A DNA stretch of 63,998 nt, counting the filler, from Ionaspis alba (taxonomy: Eukaryota), in the NCBI GenBank assembly GCA_964255285.1. It is 6 parts of 6 records of this genome, joined end to end, with 100 filler letters (N's around TTAATTAATTAA, not from the genome) between each part and the next. Parts side by side here need not be neighbours in the genome. Positions count along the whole stretch, not along the records: positions 33,260 to 44,172 come from CAXUUL010000579.1; positions 44,273 to 55,167 come from CAXUUL010000580.1; 4 more parts are not named here. One strand, given 5' to 3'. Below the pieces are notes generated by a model, which searched no databases, was not told the DNA's origin, and was given only the letters and a program-made list of their open reading frames with translations. Shown here piece after piece: positions 36,301 to 48,673 of this stretch. The position numbers and the translations under genes are program-made. The first letter of the stretch is position 1. The number at the start of each line of letters is the position of its first letter.

Positions 36301-36827
36301 AAGAGTACTTCAATCCAACACGTAGCTCTTCTTGGCCTTCTCCCTCACTGACGATCCGCAGCAGTGCAAGAATCGTGAGGTCCTTGTCCGTGAGCACCAG
36401 ATTCCCTCCGGCATAAAACTCCAGAAAGAGTTTGTATTGTCCATCGCTGAACTGAATCTCGATGATCCGATCTGTGCCAATTTGCGATACGGCTGTAACT
36501 CTTCTCGTCCTCAAGTATTTCCTCAAACGAGTCACAAAGGCCGAAGGGGCAGCAGCTGTTGTTCGGGCGAAGTCAGTAAGATGGCAGCGAAAGCCAGAAT
36601 CTATGACCATTTGCTCTCGGTGGTTCGGCTTGGCAAATTTGAGGAGAAAAATGCGGGAGGAAAGGTCGTAGACATTTGCGAGGCGAAGTGTACAGAGACT
36701 GTTCGATAATTCATGGGCAATTACCTGGCCTCATTTTAGCACATGTAAATGAGCAAAGTGGCAGATGCCTCCACCAAGAACTTGAAACACCTACCTTGAC
36801 ATCAAGGGAGCTGAATCTTTGCTTCAT
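33377..36827 (-). CDS. RQC2: Ribosome quality control complex subunit Rqc2/NEMF (Tae2)
   Basis: MKQRFSSLDVK|VIAHEL (intron about 36725-36794), [37 protein letters not shown], and C-terminal VVCAPW...KMQPGTVKKGKA. Confidence 0.95.
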
Positions 36828-37301
36828 GATGACGGACCGTGATTGTGTCTTAGGGAAGGTAGGGTTGGAAGTAGAATAAGCTCTAAAAAACGACAACCTT
36901 CAAACGGTGCCTTATTCGAGGTTGAAGTGACGTAGCGACGTGGAAGGGGGGCACCTTGTGGTGCCTTATCGATAAGGTGCCTATAGTACAATCCTTGCCC
37001 TAAAGCCAGCTCCTGTTTCGCAGGCGGACATTTGAAGCTACGATGGCTAACGGTCTCTATGAAAGTGGTAAAGCAATCGACTATCGTTCTCAATACCGAA
37101 AAGCTGCAGTACAACAATGAGCTGTCACTCTGCTCCAATCACCTCCAAACAACCACACTCCGGCTTGACGCCGGGGGCTTGGAACCTGCCTTGCACATGC
37201 GTGGATGGTAGCCTTACTCAACTCCACTCCTGTGCGGCTGAAATGATCCACTTATCAGTGTCGCGAATGATCATGTCTTCACATCAGTTCACAAAGCCGA
37301 G

Positions 37302-39253
37302 ATGGAGGTTGCCGGTTTTGCATTCGCGGTCGTGGGCATGTTCCAGACCTGCATTCAAGGCTATACCATTGTCTCGGATGCTCGCAACGCGCCTCGAGAT
37401 GGACAGGAAGCAGCTCGCCGAATTGACATTGAGAGCTCTGTTTTACATGGATGGGGAGAGCATTTCAATATAGAAGGTGAGCCTTCTGAGCACAATGAAA
37501 AGCTGAAGGTCTATTTGGGCAAAGGCCGTACTTTCGATGGTGTATTCAGTGCTCTGTGTGCTATATCTGAAACGTTCATAAACGTGCGCCGGATGAGCGA
37601 GAAGTATGGCATCGTCTTCAATTACAAAAGGAGGCGTGGCGAGGTTCGTTACTTCGAGCATCTGAGAGATCGAAACCACGCTGATGACATTGTCTTCAGA
37701 GGCTAGAAATACCTCGGGACGTGGAAGATCTGCTTAATGGACGTGATCCGTCTCCAAGGCGCTCTCCTAGAAGAGAGTCATCTTCTAATGCTCTGGCAAG
37801 GCTCAATAATTGCAAGGCCAAAATGTCTCTTCTCGCGAGATGCCAATGGTCTTTAAGCGGCAAAGCTCGAATCCGTGGTCTTATCAGCGATCTTCGGGAA
37901 TACAATGACGACCTGATCCGTCTTTGCACATGGGAGGCACAGTCACAGATCAATCGAGGTCTGCCGGCAGTTACTCTGAGCCACCTCAACAACTACGTTG
38001 CACTGTTCTTTGTCGCGAACGCCGCAGAGGACGCAGCTAACGAGCAACGCACATCCCCATCTTCTGAAGGTCGTCAAATGGTCGCAGATATGGCGCGATT
38101 CAAGGCGAGGCTGAAGACACCGAATAGCGTATCAGACAAGTTCAGGAAGTCTCGAAATTCACTGGACATTCGGGACTTCCAATTCTCTCGGAACGGTCAA
38201 AATGATTACTCGTGGACCACGGCTGTGAGGACGTACGACAGGACCATGGTCTTCGTGGAATGGAGATCCTATTCCAGCGACAGCGTACTCTTGAATAATC
38301 TGACACTTGCTCACGACAATGACAGGCGCTCTCTTCAACTGCTTGCCGAGCAGCAGATTGACAAGCTCGGAAATTTCCTCTGTACCCGTGACCGGCCGTA
38401 CAAACTCCGTACGCTTGTTTGCATAGGACTTTTTAAAGACGAGTTGAATCAGCGCTATGGTGTTGTATACCACATTCCCCAGTATCTAGAGGAATTGCCA
38501 TCACGATTCATTCAGGCAGATCTGTCAGAGCGATTTCCAAGCACCTTGACAGTTCTCTTTCATCGTATAACCCACGTACTCGATCTTGGCCTACGCTTCG
38601 ATCTAGCCAGGAAACTGATGGAAGCCCTAATGTCTCTGCACGCGGTCGGCTGGCTACACAAAGATCTACGCTCTGACAACATCCTCTTCTTTCCGGTGAA
38701 GCCCAGCTACACACATGGGAGGATCGACGGGTCTAAGAAAGATTTTGGCCATCCTTACATCATGGGCTACGGCCTCTCGAGACCAGACGATGTGGATCAC
38801 GGACCCCGAGAGACAAGTTCTGCGAGAGTATCCCCGCACGACGTTTCTATAGTGCGAACTATTCCTGCCATTGTTCCGCGCTCCCGTTCGCATTCGCCTT
38901 TGCCACCGCCGAAGCAAGTCGACATCTACCAACATCCTAATAAATGGACGAATCCCTCGAACCGCTACCGCCATGGTTACGACATCTATTCCCTCGGTGT
39001 TATCCTCCTGGAGATAGGCTTGTGGAAGAGCCTTAAGAGCCTGAGATTGGGTCCAGGATACAATGCAGAGGACTATCGGTCGCACATTTTGACGAACCTG
39101 GTGCCTACATTGAACGGCCAGTGTGGGTCTATATATGCGGGGGTGGTCAAGGAGTGCTTGACTATGCCCTGTGAGGTTGCGGATATGGAGAGGCAGAGTC
39201 AACGGAAGCTCTGCTGGGATCTAGCGGAGAGGTTGGATAAGTGTATTGCGTGA
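37302..39253 (+). CDS. HeLo (prion-inhibition/HET-S-like) domain plus protein-kinase-like domain protein, about 631 aa (intron 37644-37699)
   Basis: N-terminal MEVAGFAFAVVGMFQTCIQGY...RIDIESSVLHGWG and WSLSGKARIRGLISDLREYNDDL are HeLo-like. C-terminal LHAVGWLHKDLRSDNILFF, IYQHP and YDIYSLGVILLEIGLW are kinase-fold motifs. Confidence 0.85.
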
Positions 39254-39687
39254 TGGTAGATCAAATGAATGTTGGATTCATCGGCAACGGAAAACACCGA
39301 GGCTCTAGCCGGCAGCAAATTGCATTTCGAGCGACTCCCATGATTGAACATAAAAGATTATGAGACCCATCCTTTCCATAGCGTTGCACAAAATACAAGC
39401 GGATACATCACGTACCATGCAGATTCGTTGCCTGGTGACCATCATGTTTGTAACAGCGCTTGAAGTTTCAAATATGCATTCAGCATCACGCTCATGGTAC
39501 TACACTATTACCCGCCCCGCTCAGTCTACCAGTAGACGTTTCAAAAACAAGAATTCGAAGGCTCATGACCATTTTCCAGATTACCATCCCAGCACCGGGA
39601 TTCCACCACCAGCGCCTGCTACCCAGAGGTTCTAACCTCCTAGTACACCCTTTTATGGGACAAAAACCCTCCTTGACGAGAAAATGC

Positions 39688-41619
39688 TCAAGAAGCCAAA
39701 ACTGCACCTCCTGTTTGCTCAGCCTGCTCTGCAATCTCCCCACCTGCTTCCCTCTCCGCCCACGCACCCCACAAACCTCTCTTAGCTCTAACCCGGATCG
39801 GTCCTCCTAGCTCCCCAGGTGCTTGCTCCACTTTGACAGCATCTTTGGTGGCAAGGACAAGGACTTCAAAGAACATCTTCGTAGCATCAACCTTGCTCGT
39901 CGTAGCCTCGGGCAGCAGGTCTTGGAAAAGCACATTGGCTTTCCTTTGCTGCGACGGACTGCTCTCCGCCGAGGCTCCGAACTTGGCGCGCAGAAGATGG
40001 ACTGCATGTTGGGTGCCGAGCGATACAGGCCCGGAGTCAACAGGATGAACGAGAGGCGCGGTCGTGTCATCGAAGTTGTCTCGTATGGGACTGAAGGCTT
40101 CATCTTCGCTGGCATGCCGACCCAGCTGTACTGAGCTGGCGCGGTGCTCGTCTAGGCCAGGTATGATTTCTTGGTCAGCTGGGAGGTCGACCATTGTGGA
40201 TTTCTCGTGGCGAGAGGCGTCGTCCATTTCAATGCCTTCGTCTGGTAAGACAATATCGCCGTCTTCGGGGATCTCGAGTTGTGGCATGTCATTAGCTTCT
40301 GCTTGCTCGTCTTCGTCGACATCGGCGATGCCGCTGTCACGCTTTCGCTTTAGAGCCCCCGCTTTCCTGACTACCTCGATAGAAAGGATGCCTCGCAGTT
40401 CCGGCGCCCAACCTTTGGACCGGCCGTCCCGCATGATATTTGAGACGAAATCTCCGTTTTGTTGCATATTCATTAGTGTGAGCAAGACGGGATCACGTGG
40501 GAGGAATGAAACAGGCTTAAGGATGGCCGAACGATCGTTCTGTTGTTGTTTGATCTGGCTACTATGCAAAGTCGTTTCTGTATCGAAGGGTAAAAGTTTC
40601 CGCTTCTTAGAGGCAGGCTGCCGGGCTTGGTGTATGGATGGGTCTTCAGATATCCTAGTCTCGTCAAATTCTCTGACGACACTAGATCTGGCAGATGAGA
40701 GAGGTGATTGGGAGTCGCGTTGTAATCTAGGGTCAGCGGCAGCTTCGACCGGGGCTGGGGTATCATCGACTGGGAACACGAAATCGTCGTGGACTCCTAG
40801 TTCCATAGGATCATCAAGGCCATTTGGAACGTCACCATTAGCCATGGCTGATGGAGCTTCGGTACCGAAACGAGTCCTCAAAGGCCCGTTCTCACCCAAG
40901 TCCAGTCCAAGGTCGTCCTCGTCGTTGAACTTAGCACCGTCGCTCATGAGGTCCTCCGCCACGGGTCTTGGAGCAGGCGCATCTCTGCCAATTTCGATGC
41001 TTGGGCCCTCCGTGAAATCGATGTCGAGTCCAAGATCCTCTTCATACAATATGGGTTCATCTCTGGGCGCAGCGGGTGACTGTTCGGTCGGCGGATCGGA
41101 GAAACCTTGGCTCGTCCAATTGAGCGGATTGTTGTCTTTGAGGCCTAGGTCTAGCCCGTAGGACGGGAGATTGAGAAGCGTCTCATCAAGCATAGGCTGT
41201 AGCGTAAATGTGTCTGTCAAGACATCGGGTAGATTCAAGCCATCGTTGGGCACATTCGAGGTCACTTGGGCCAAGTCGTGGGAGCCACCGGGGCGGAAGG
41301 TCTAGGATCAGTGAGTGGGAGGTCATAAAGAGGCAACCTCAGGAAATTTTCTTACCATTTTCAGTTTCAGCAGCGCTTCATTGCAGTCATCCATCAAATA
41401 ACGCGCCTTTCGACTGTATATTCTCACAACTCCCAACAACAATTGTCCACTTAATCGTAGGGCCATTGGTGCTTGTCCTTGATCGACGATCGCATCGACA
41501 CTGCTCTGGATGTTGGATTGAAGGATGTGAGTCTTGTTCAACTTGCGCTCAAGATTCGCAGAAAGCCAGACACGAGCCAAGGGCCCGGTCTTCGAAAGGA
41601 GCGTCTCCGAGTAGAACAT
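39688..41619 (-). CDS. RAD21: Cohesin kleisin subunit Rad21/Scc1 (intron 41302-41355)
   Basis: MFYSETLLSKTGPLARVWLSAN...ALRLSGQLLLGVVRIYSRKARYL is the Rad21/Rec8 N-domain; ATKMFFEVLVLATKDAVKVEQ is the C-terminal winged helix. Confidence 0.95.
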
Positions 41620-41633
41620 GGCGACAGAGTAAT

Positions 41634-41879
41634 ACGCGTGCAAGTAATCGAGAAGGTATAGCAATATCGGCGTCGAGTATACAGAGTGAAGTCAGTTCGA
41701 TGATGGAATTGTTGACGGTTTAGGCGCGTCCAATGTGTACGTGATGCCCTTGAAGAGCCAGTCAACTCGACAATGCGCCGATCGCGTCGACAACCTCTCA
41801 AGACTCTTGATTGTATTGTAGATGATATCAAGACCTCCTCCAGCAGCAAAGCAAGGTATGCGCATCCATTCGCACGAAA
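41634..41879. promoter_or_regulatory. Cluster of MCB/SCB-like G1/S elements upstream of RAD21
   Basis: ACGCGT at 41634-41639, CGCGT cores at 41725-41729 and 41783-41787, CACGAAA at 41873-41879. RAD21/MCD1 is an established MBF target in yeasts. Confidence 0.5.
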
Positions 41880-42314
41880 TCGCAATGCTTGAACAGCTAT
41901 GGTGAAGGAATGGAGAGAAGTGTGGCCTGGAGAAGGGATGTAAAACAGAGGTGGCGGGGAGGGCTTGCCAAGATATAACGACTAGGGGGACTGGACAGGG
42001 GTCTGTGATGCGAAATAGGTGAACCTGGCGTTTGCAATGTTTGCAACCAACGGTGCGGATGAAGTATAAGTGGTATGGTTAGCATCTTCGTGAACAGTTC
42101 TTTCATCTCTTGCCGGTCGCATTATAGATCTGATGCTAGAGAGACTCTGCTGCGACAGGAGGCAGACTCGAGGCTGACCGATCCCTACAGTCGCTCCTGC
42201 CCTATCCTGCGCTTTTCGTCCAGGACCGCCAATTTTCCTGGTCCGGACAGCTTTCCTCAACAGTCGCAAGATTGCTTTCGTAATATCTCAATCTCATGTC
42301 TCGACCATGATATA

Positions 42315-44172
42315 ATGTCCAGATCACATACTCCTTCAGCTTTACCCCTGTACAATACCACCAAATATGCTTCTAAAGATGCTCTCCGAGTTCCGTCACC
42401 AATCTCATCTGCGCCATTGCCGACACCTCGAACACCGAAAACATCTTCTGTAAGTCACTACTGATTGTGTATTTTTGCATACTTTTACTAACCAATCATC
42501 ACTAGTCGATAACATCTACCTTCTCTCTCCTGACTCCTGAAGAAGCTACAACGCGCCTCGATTCCTCACTTACTCACGGTCTCTCTCCTCCAGAAGCCGC
42601 AAGTAGGCTTCGTCAGTATGGGACGAACGAACTCCCACAAGAAGGATCGGAACCATTGTGGCTTCGATTCCTCAAGCAGTTCAAGGAAACACTCATCCTA
42701 CTCCTTCTCGGCTCCGCCCTGATTTCATTCCTCATGCGCAATCTGGATGACGCAATCAGTATAACGGTCGCAGTCGCCATTGTTGTCACTGTAGGATTTG
42801 TCCAGGAATACCGATCAGAAAAGTCGTTAGAGGCATTAAGTAAGCTAGTCCCACATTTTGCGCATTTGATCCGGGGTACGTCGGCCAGGGTGGAAAAAAC
42901 AAGCCGCTCTCAGGATGGCCACGAGAGCATTGAGATGGAGCCTTTGATGGATGGATCTGCTGCTGCGATATCCGCTGCTGAAAGAGCGTCAACGACAGTA
43001 CCTGCAACGCAGCTTGTTCCCGGTGACCTCGTGCTCTTCTCGACGGGAGATCGAATCCCAGCCGATATCCGAATTACCAGCGCTGCAGACCTCTCCATTG
43101 ACGAGTCCAACTTGACTGGCGAAAATGAGCCTGTCAACAAGAACTGCGCAGCTCTCCGCTTTTCGTCCGGAAGCACAAGATTTTCTGTCAGAGGGGTTCC
43201 CTTGTCACCAGCATATGCATCTCCGGCTACAGGCATTGTTGGAGCAGACGTCAGGCTCAACGAACAAGTGAACATCGCGTTCATGGGCACGTTAGTCAGA
43301 TCCGGGTATGGACAGGGTTTAGTAATAGCCACAGGAGGGAGCACAGAATTCGGCGCAATATCCGCATCACTACAAGAGATAGAGAGTCCTCGAACACCTT
43401 TACAGCTTACAATGGATCGACTTGGCCAGGAGCTCAGTTATGTGTCTTTTGGAGTCATTGGTTTGATCATGTTAGTGGGCATATTACAGGGAATGCCTTT
43501 CCTCGAAATGTTTACCATTGGAGTTTCGCTGGCTGTCGCAGCTATTCCGGAAGGACTGCCCATCATCGTGACTGTCACCTTGGCCCTGGGTGTGCTTCGT
43601 ATGGCCAAGCAAGGTGCGATTGTGAGGAGACTTCCCAGCGTGGAGACTCTAGGATCAGTCAACGTCGTGTGTAGCGACAAGACGGGGACTTTGACACTCA
43701 ACCATATGACGGTCACTAAGCTATGGCACGAGGATGCGATCAATGCTATCGAAGTGTCCAAGGACATGTCCTCTTCAACTCCGGATCCTGTTACTAGAAC
43801 CATACTACGAATCGGAAATATCGCTAATAATGCTCGACTCTCTCGCACACATGCAAATACACCGGCCACAGCGGCCTCGGCTGCAGTTTTGTCGTCCACC
43901 CTAGGTGATAGCTCGGGATCTACAGGCATTAAGAGTAGATGGGTCGGCCAACCAACAGATGTTGCGATGTTAGACCTCCTCGATGCATTTGGCGAGGATG
44001 ATGTGCGCGAACGCCTTGGTGAGCGGACTGCAGAGACACCATTCAGCTCAGAGAGAAAATGGATGGGTGTGATCATTGGAGGCAAGAGTGCTTCTCCCGA
44101 CATCAATCCTGGACCTGAAGTTGCATATATTAAGGGCGCGTTGGAGCAGGTTCTCCAGCGGTGCGATACCTT
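42315..44172 (+). CDS. PMR1: Golgi Ca2+/Mn2+ P-type ATPase (SPCA/Pmr1), C-terminal half lost in gap
   Basis: [56 protein letters not shown] (phospho-Asp) and KGALE. Intron at 42450-42505. Confidence 0.93.
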
Positions 44173-44272
44173 NNNNNNNNNNNNNNNNNNNNNNNNNNNN
44201 NNNNNNNNNNNNNNNNTTAATTAATTAANNNNNNNNNNNNNNNNNNNNNNNNNNNNNNNNNNNNNNNNNNNN

Positions 44273-44466
44273 CGACTGGGACCCATGGAACTACTACCAC
44301 TGGAACGCATGGGACAACTGGCACGACTGGCACCACCGGCACCACCTCAGCAGATCCCGGTGCGGCAACCACCACGATGCGGGAAGACGGTACGGAGGTC
44401 ACGGAGGGAGGCCATGAGGTGTTGAGTAAGGGACCCGAGAAGCATAGCATCCTGAAGGGATTCTAA
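44273..44466 (+). CDS. 3' end of an unidentified Gly/Thr/His-repeat protein (5' part in gap)
   Basis: Open frame TGTHGTTTTGTHGTTGTTGTTGTTSADPGAATTTMREDGTEVTEGGHEVLSKGPEKHSILKGF*, with synonymous variation among the repeat codons. Confidence 0.55.
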
Positions 44467-45779
44467 GGGACGGCGAGATGTAAAGAAATGTGCAAGCGGG
44501 ATGACGAGAAAATTGATGCCCCTGTTCTTTACGAAGGTTGGGTTGTATCTAGTAATGATCGATGATAGTGCTGTAGCATGAAAATGATGGTTTTCTTGAA
44601 AAATGGCGAAGAGGTGCTGACGCCTGTTACGTGCTACGATTTTGAAAGTGGTCTCCTTGGTGTGCTGATTCCATAGCATGTTCGTAATGTTTTTCTGTAA
44701 GTGTAGAACAGGTGCTGGTACCCGCCGCGTTCCATGACCGTGAGAGTAGCCATCTTAATGTACTCGTTTGTGTTGTCGCACTGTTGTTGTCGACCGATGG
44801 TCTCCTGACTTTTGTGGCAGGAGGGAGGATGCTACATTCCTTGCGCATGGATTGCTGGCACTGACTCTTAGGATATCCACTGCTAGATAAGACTTTGGAT
44901 CCGCGACGTAGATCCAAATACATTTCATTTATGTCTGTACTTATCCAGAAGCTTCAGCGCTAAGGAAATGATAACCACAAAGTCAAGATAGCTCTTCTCG
45001 GCGGCCTCCAGGATACATTTGTTCAATTCTTTGCGCATTGGTATAAGCTATCTAAGCAAAGAAGTACAAACATCCACTGATGGTATACACTGCTGTGTGT
45101 ATCTAGTCAAGTCCCGTTCCTGTTCCAATGCCCTGCTATGTGCCGCTTTCCTCATCGACTTGCTGGCACCATCCATTCCTACCAATTGAACTTGGCCTTA
45201 TCCTCCTCCAACATTCCTGACGCTGGCTCGAGTAAAAGCGTATCTAGCGGGAAGTTGGTATCAGCCTGGGTGAGCTTGTTACCATTACCAAGTTCGTTCC
45301 CAGTTTTTCCATCTTCCTGGTTCGAGACATCGTAGAGGTCGTCATAAGGAAGTAGGGCCGGTCAACCCGAGCTTTACAAAAAGCGAGGATGGTTATACAC
45401 TTTCCCAGAATCGTCTTCAGCCTGAGGAGACCTTCGAGGATTTCCATGATCCCACGAACGTTGGCCAGATTGAGCATTGACCGGTTCGCATCCTTCTCGG
45501 CTTGGCCTCGAATCCTGACAAGCATGGCCTTGCTTGCGGCGACTTCGAACTTCTTCGTAATGAAAGCCTCCATTGCCCGAGCGTATGGACGATCTTTCAC
45601 CGCAGTGCCTTGTCAATCGGTGAGCTGACCTTGATAGTAAAAGGTATTCGTCAGCTCTGCCAAAATCGGAACTGCCCGAAGCTGTCCCCAAAGAATTGCT
45701 GATGGATGGCCTAAGGCCTTGAGACGATGGAGTAGAGGCACAAGTGTGCACAATCACCAACGACGTAGATTCAACACTT

Positions 45780-46031
45780 TTAATGCTCCACGTATTGTCG
45801 AAGATAGCCAGTCATGCCTAAGTACGTCTCCAATTGCTTCAATGACTCGGGAAATTTGAGCATGGCAATTGCACGTAACTTATCTTCTGCAGTCGCTAAT
45901 CCCAAGGCATCAACCTTCTGTCCTAGCAGATGTACTGACGGGTAGCCAAGAAAAGACTTCTTCCCAGATAAGCAAATGTTGTGCCTTCGTAGCGTGGAGA
46001 ATACTGCTTGCAGAAATCTGCTGTGGAAATG
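45780..46031 (-). mobile_element. Ty3/Gypsy LTR-retrotransposon reverse-transcriptase remnant
   Basis: ATG-less frame FLQAVFSTLRRHNICLSGKKSFLGYPSVHLLGQKVDALGLATAEDKLRAIAMLKFPESLKQLETYLGMTGYLRQYVEH*. This matches the RT segment just downstream of YxDD and the thumb in fungal Gypsy Pol. Confidence 0.85.
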
Positions 46032-47445
46032 TCATACATATTACAAAAGGCCAAGATTGGCCAGCCTTTAGCATGAAGAACTAGCTTTGCCAAATCAATT
46101 GTCAATACCAGAATGTGAATGTGAGTCAAAATAAATCAGTTGAATAAGTACACATGAATGCTGGTTGTGAACTTCATTGAAAGACGTCCAAATGAAGATA
46201 TGCCAATTTCGTCGTGTTGCTCTGCAGATATCTCGTTAAGATTATTCTGCTGGCGTTCAACTTATTAACGCAACTTTCCAAATACAAAAACTCGGATATC
46301 GTCGATTGATAACCCCACCAATAACATTCTAACATTGGACCAAGTAATCGCAAAGATATGTCCCGTACTCATTTTTTTCCCTTGCGGAGTTTGGCTTTGG
46401 ATACGGAAATGTATGGCTCTATTATCCGTATCGATGACATCTCCAGTAATAACCTTAAAAACACTCTGCTCTGTCACATTGGCTGTTCCAATATAGATCC
46501 TTCCGGGGAGATCGTGCGAGGTATTCATAGTCTGGACAAGATTCGTTGTGAAGACGTGCAAAGATAAGAACTAATAATTGAAAACGCAAGATCAACTTGT
46601 AGATACAAATCAGTGAACGCATAATGCGGGGTGTGAATGATCAAACAATGGACATTGAACAAGTGCCGAGCCCAATTGTCGGCCTCTCCGCAACAAAGAA
46701 CGTGAGATTGAGGGATCATATATACCAATAAATGACCCAAACGCAGTTGCATCTAATGCTGAACTCACAACGGAACTCATGACCGGAATATCTGGATGAA
46801 CCTCTGGGAGTGACGAGGCCTCCCTAACCATTAGTCGTGATGAATGTGTCAAGCACATGCTGTGACCGCGAGGCAATCAGTAAGTGCACATAAGTATGGG
46901 AAGCCCTCCAGGGAGGCATTAGTACAAGCACCTGCGCCATCCAAATGTGGAAGCATCAAAAGAAATTGACACAACAGCTTATCTTATAGCAAGGAGACCT
47001 CCCGTCACGTTTGGCAATAATGGACCGCCGGGCCATCTTCCAAAACCGATTGAAGGTCCCAGGCTCTTCCCCGACCGTGAAAGACAGAGCAGAAGGCCTC
47101 CCCCCTCTCATGTCATCATATATACGCAGCAAACATTCTCATTGCGACAACAATCAAGGCCGTCATATGCGGAGGTCTCCTAAAACAAAAAATACATCGT
47201 GCTGGGAACTTCCGATCGTCAATCAAGTATGAGGTTTCTCTTGAAAAAGTGATTAGTCTATCCTGCACTTCTATCAATAATACAAGAGGACAACAGTCTA
47301 AGCCAGAGCCTTTCCATGAATCCCAGTGTTCACCTAGAAGATGCCTCATGCATGGAATCTATGACAAGGAAGAATCGTAGCACAAACAAAAGTTAGTCTA
47401 GCGCGGAGGCCGCCGACTGATCATCAGCCGGTCGGCTAACCACAT

Positions 47446-48673
47446 CTACTTGGCAATTTCCACGCCCCCAGTAGCCCCTGTCAAAGTCAGCTTCATTTTC
47501 CACCCAAGCTTCAAAGACTACTTACCCAACGCCTTCTTGATATCTCCATATATGGCAAATTGCAGCGAGGTGAGAGTTCCAATCATGAACAGCCTCGTAC
47601 CAATGCCAGTATAACTGCCGCGCAGTCCGAGTTCTCTGGCAATCTTGATCAGGCGGCTGGTGGTTCCCTCGCCAGGCAGACCCTTTGTCTTGTTGATTTT
47701 GCTCAGCATAGTATCAGCGGGCTGCGAGACGATAGCGGCGGCAAAACCGGCAATGAGACCGGAGCCGAGGTTGATGGTGGTTTGCATGGCGTCGGAGGTC
47801 TTGGATTTGTCGACGCGCCTGTAGACGGCCTCGGCGACTTTCTCGTAGACGACGAATTTGGCCATGGTATAGGGGACCCTAGAAAGCATCAGCGTTGAGC
47901 TTAGATCTTGAGAGGTAGGCAATGCCGAAGGGAGAGTATTGAGAAGGGATGCTTGGGGATGCTCCAGACTGCTGGACAGGCAATTGGCGAACAGACTCAT
48001 AAGGGCTCTACGTACTGCTTGAAGAGAATGGGGCCGAAGCCACTATAAAAAGCACCAATACCCTCATTCTTAGCAATCTTGCCAAACCCACTGACAAGAC
48101 CCGAAGCAAAGGTCGGCTCGGACACAAGCCGAATTCTCGTCGCCTCAAGAGGGCAGAGCGCAATATCGGCAAAGAATTCCGCCGTAGCAGCCGAAGCCAG
48201 GTAGACCGCAGTGCGGTTATTGGAAGCAGCTTCGTATCCAAAGTAGTTGATGAATTGCTGCTTGAAAAGTTCATACCCTCCGAACTTGAATGCGCCTTGG
48301 AGGAAGTATCCAGCAGCGGTAGGACCGAAGCCAGTCAGGAGAGCACCAGCTCCTTCGTTGGCGATGACTTGTCGGAAGGTCCCGATCATGCCTCTGTTGT
48401 AGATTGTGGGTTCGAGCTGTATTCTTGTCTTGACGCTGTTTCCGAATGTCAGGTCGAGCTTGGCAATCCCATTGGCAGAGAGCAAAGGAGAACTTACACA
48501 TCGACAGGCGTAAGCCCACCATGAGTGACAGCACAGCATACAGCACCAGCGAGCGCGAATCTCGAATAGAGTTGCAGTCCGCTTAACTTCGCTGGGCTTT
48601 CGGCACTCGTCCTCTGCACGATCGCGTCGAGCTTGGTGGAGCCTGTCGAGGCCGGGGGCGCGGATGCAGCCAT
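47446..48673 (-). CDS. MIR1: Mitochondrial phosphate carrier, multi-exon
   Basis: [58 protein letters not shown] and [12 protein letters not shown]; ends [10 protein letters not shown]. Confidence 0.95.

Noticed and set aside
40064..41161. 365-aa ORF and other long antisense ORFs (for example 8364-8996 and 43438-44106)
   Set aside because: Antisense shadows of RAD21, MRPL24 and PMR1 caused by codon bias.
46265..46876. Broken minus-strand frames faintly resembling a PTH11-like membrane protein relic
   Set aside because: The similarity is too weak and needs several assumed frameshifts.
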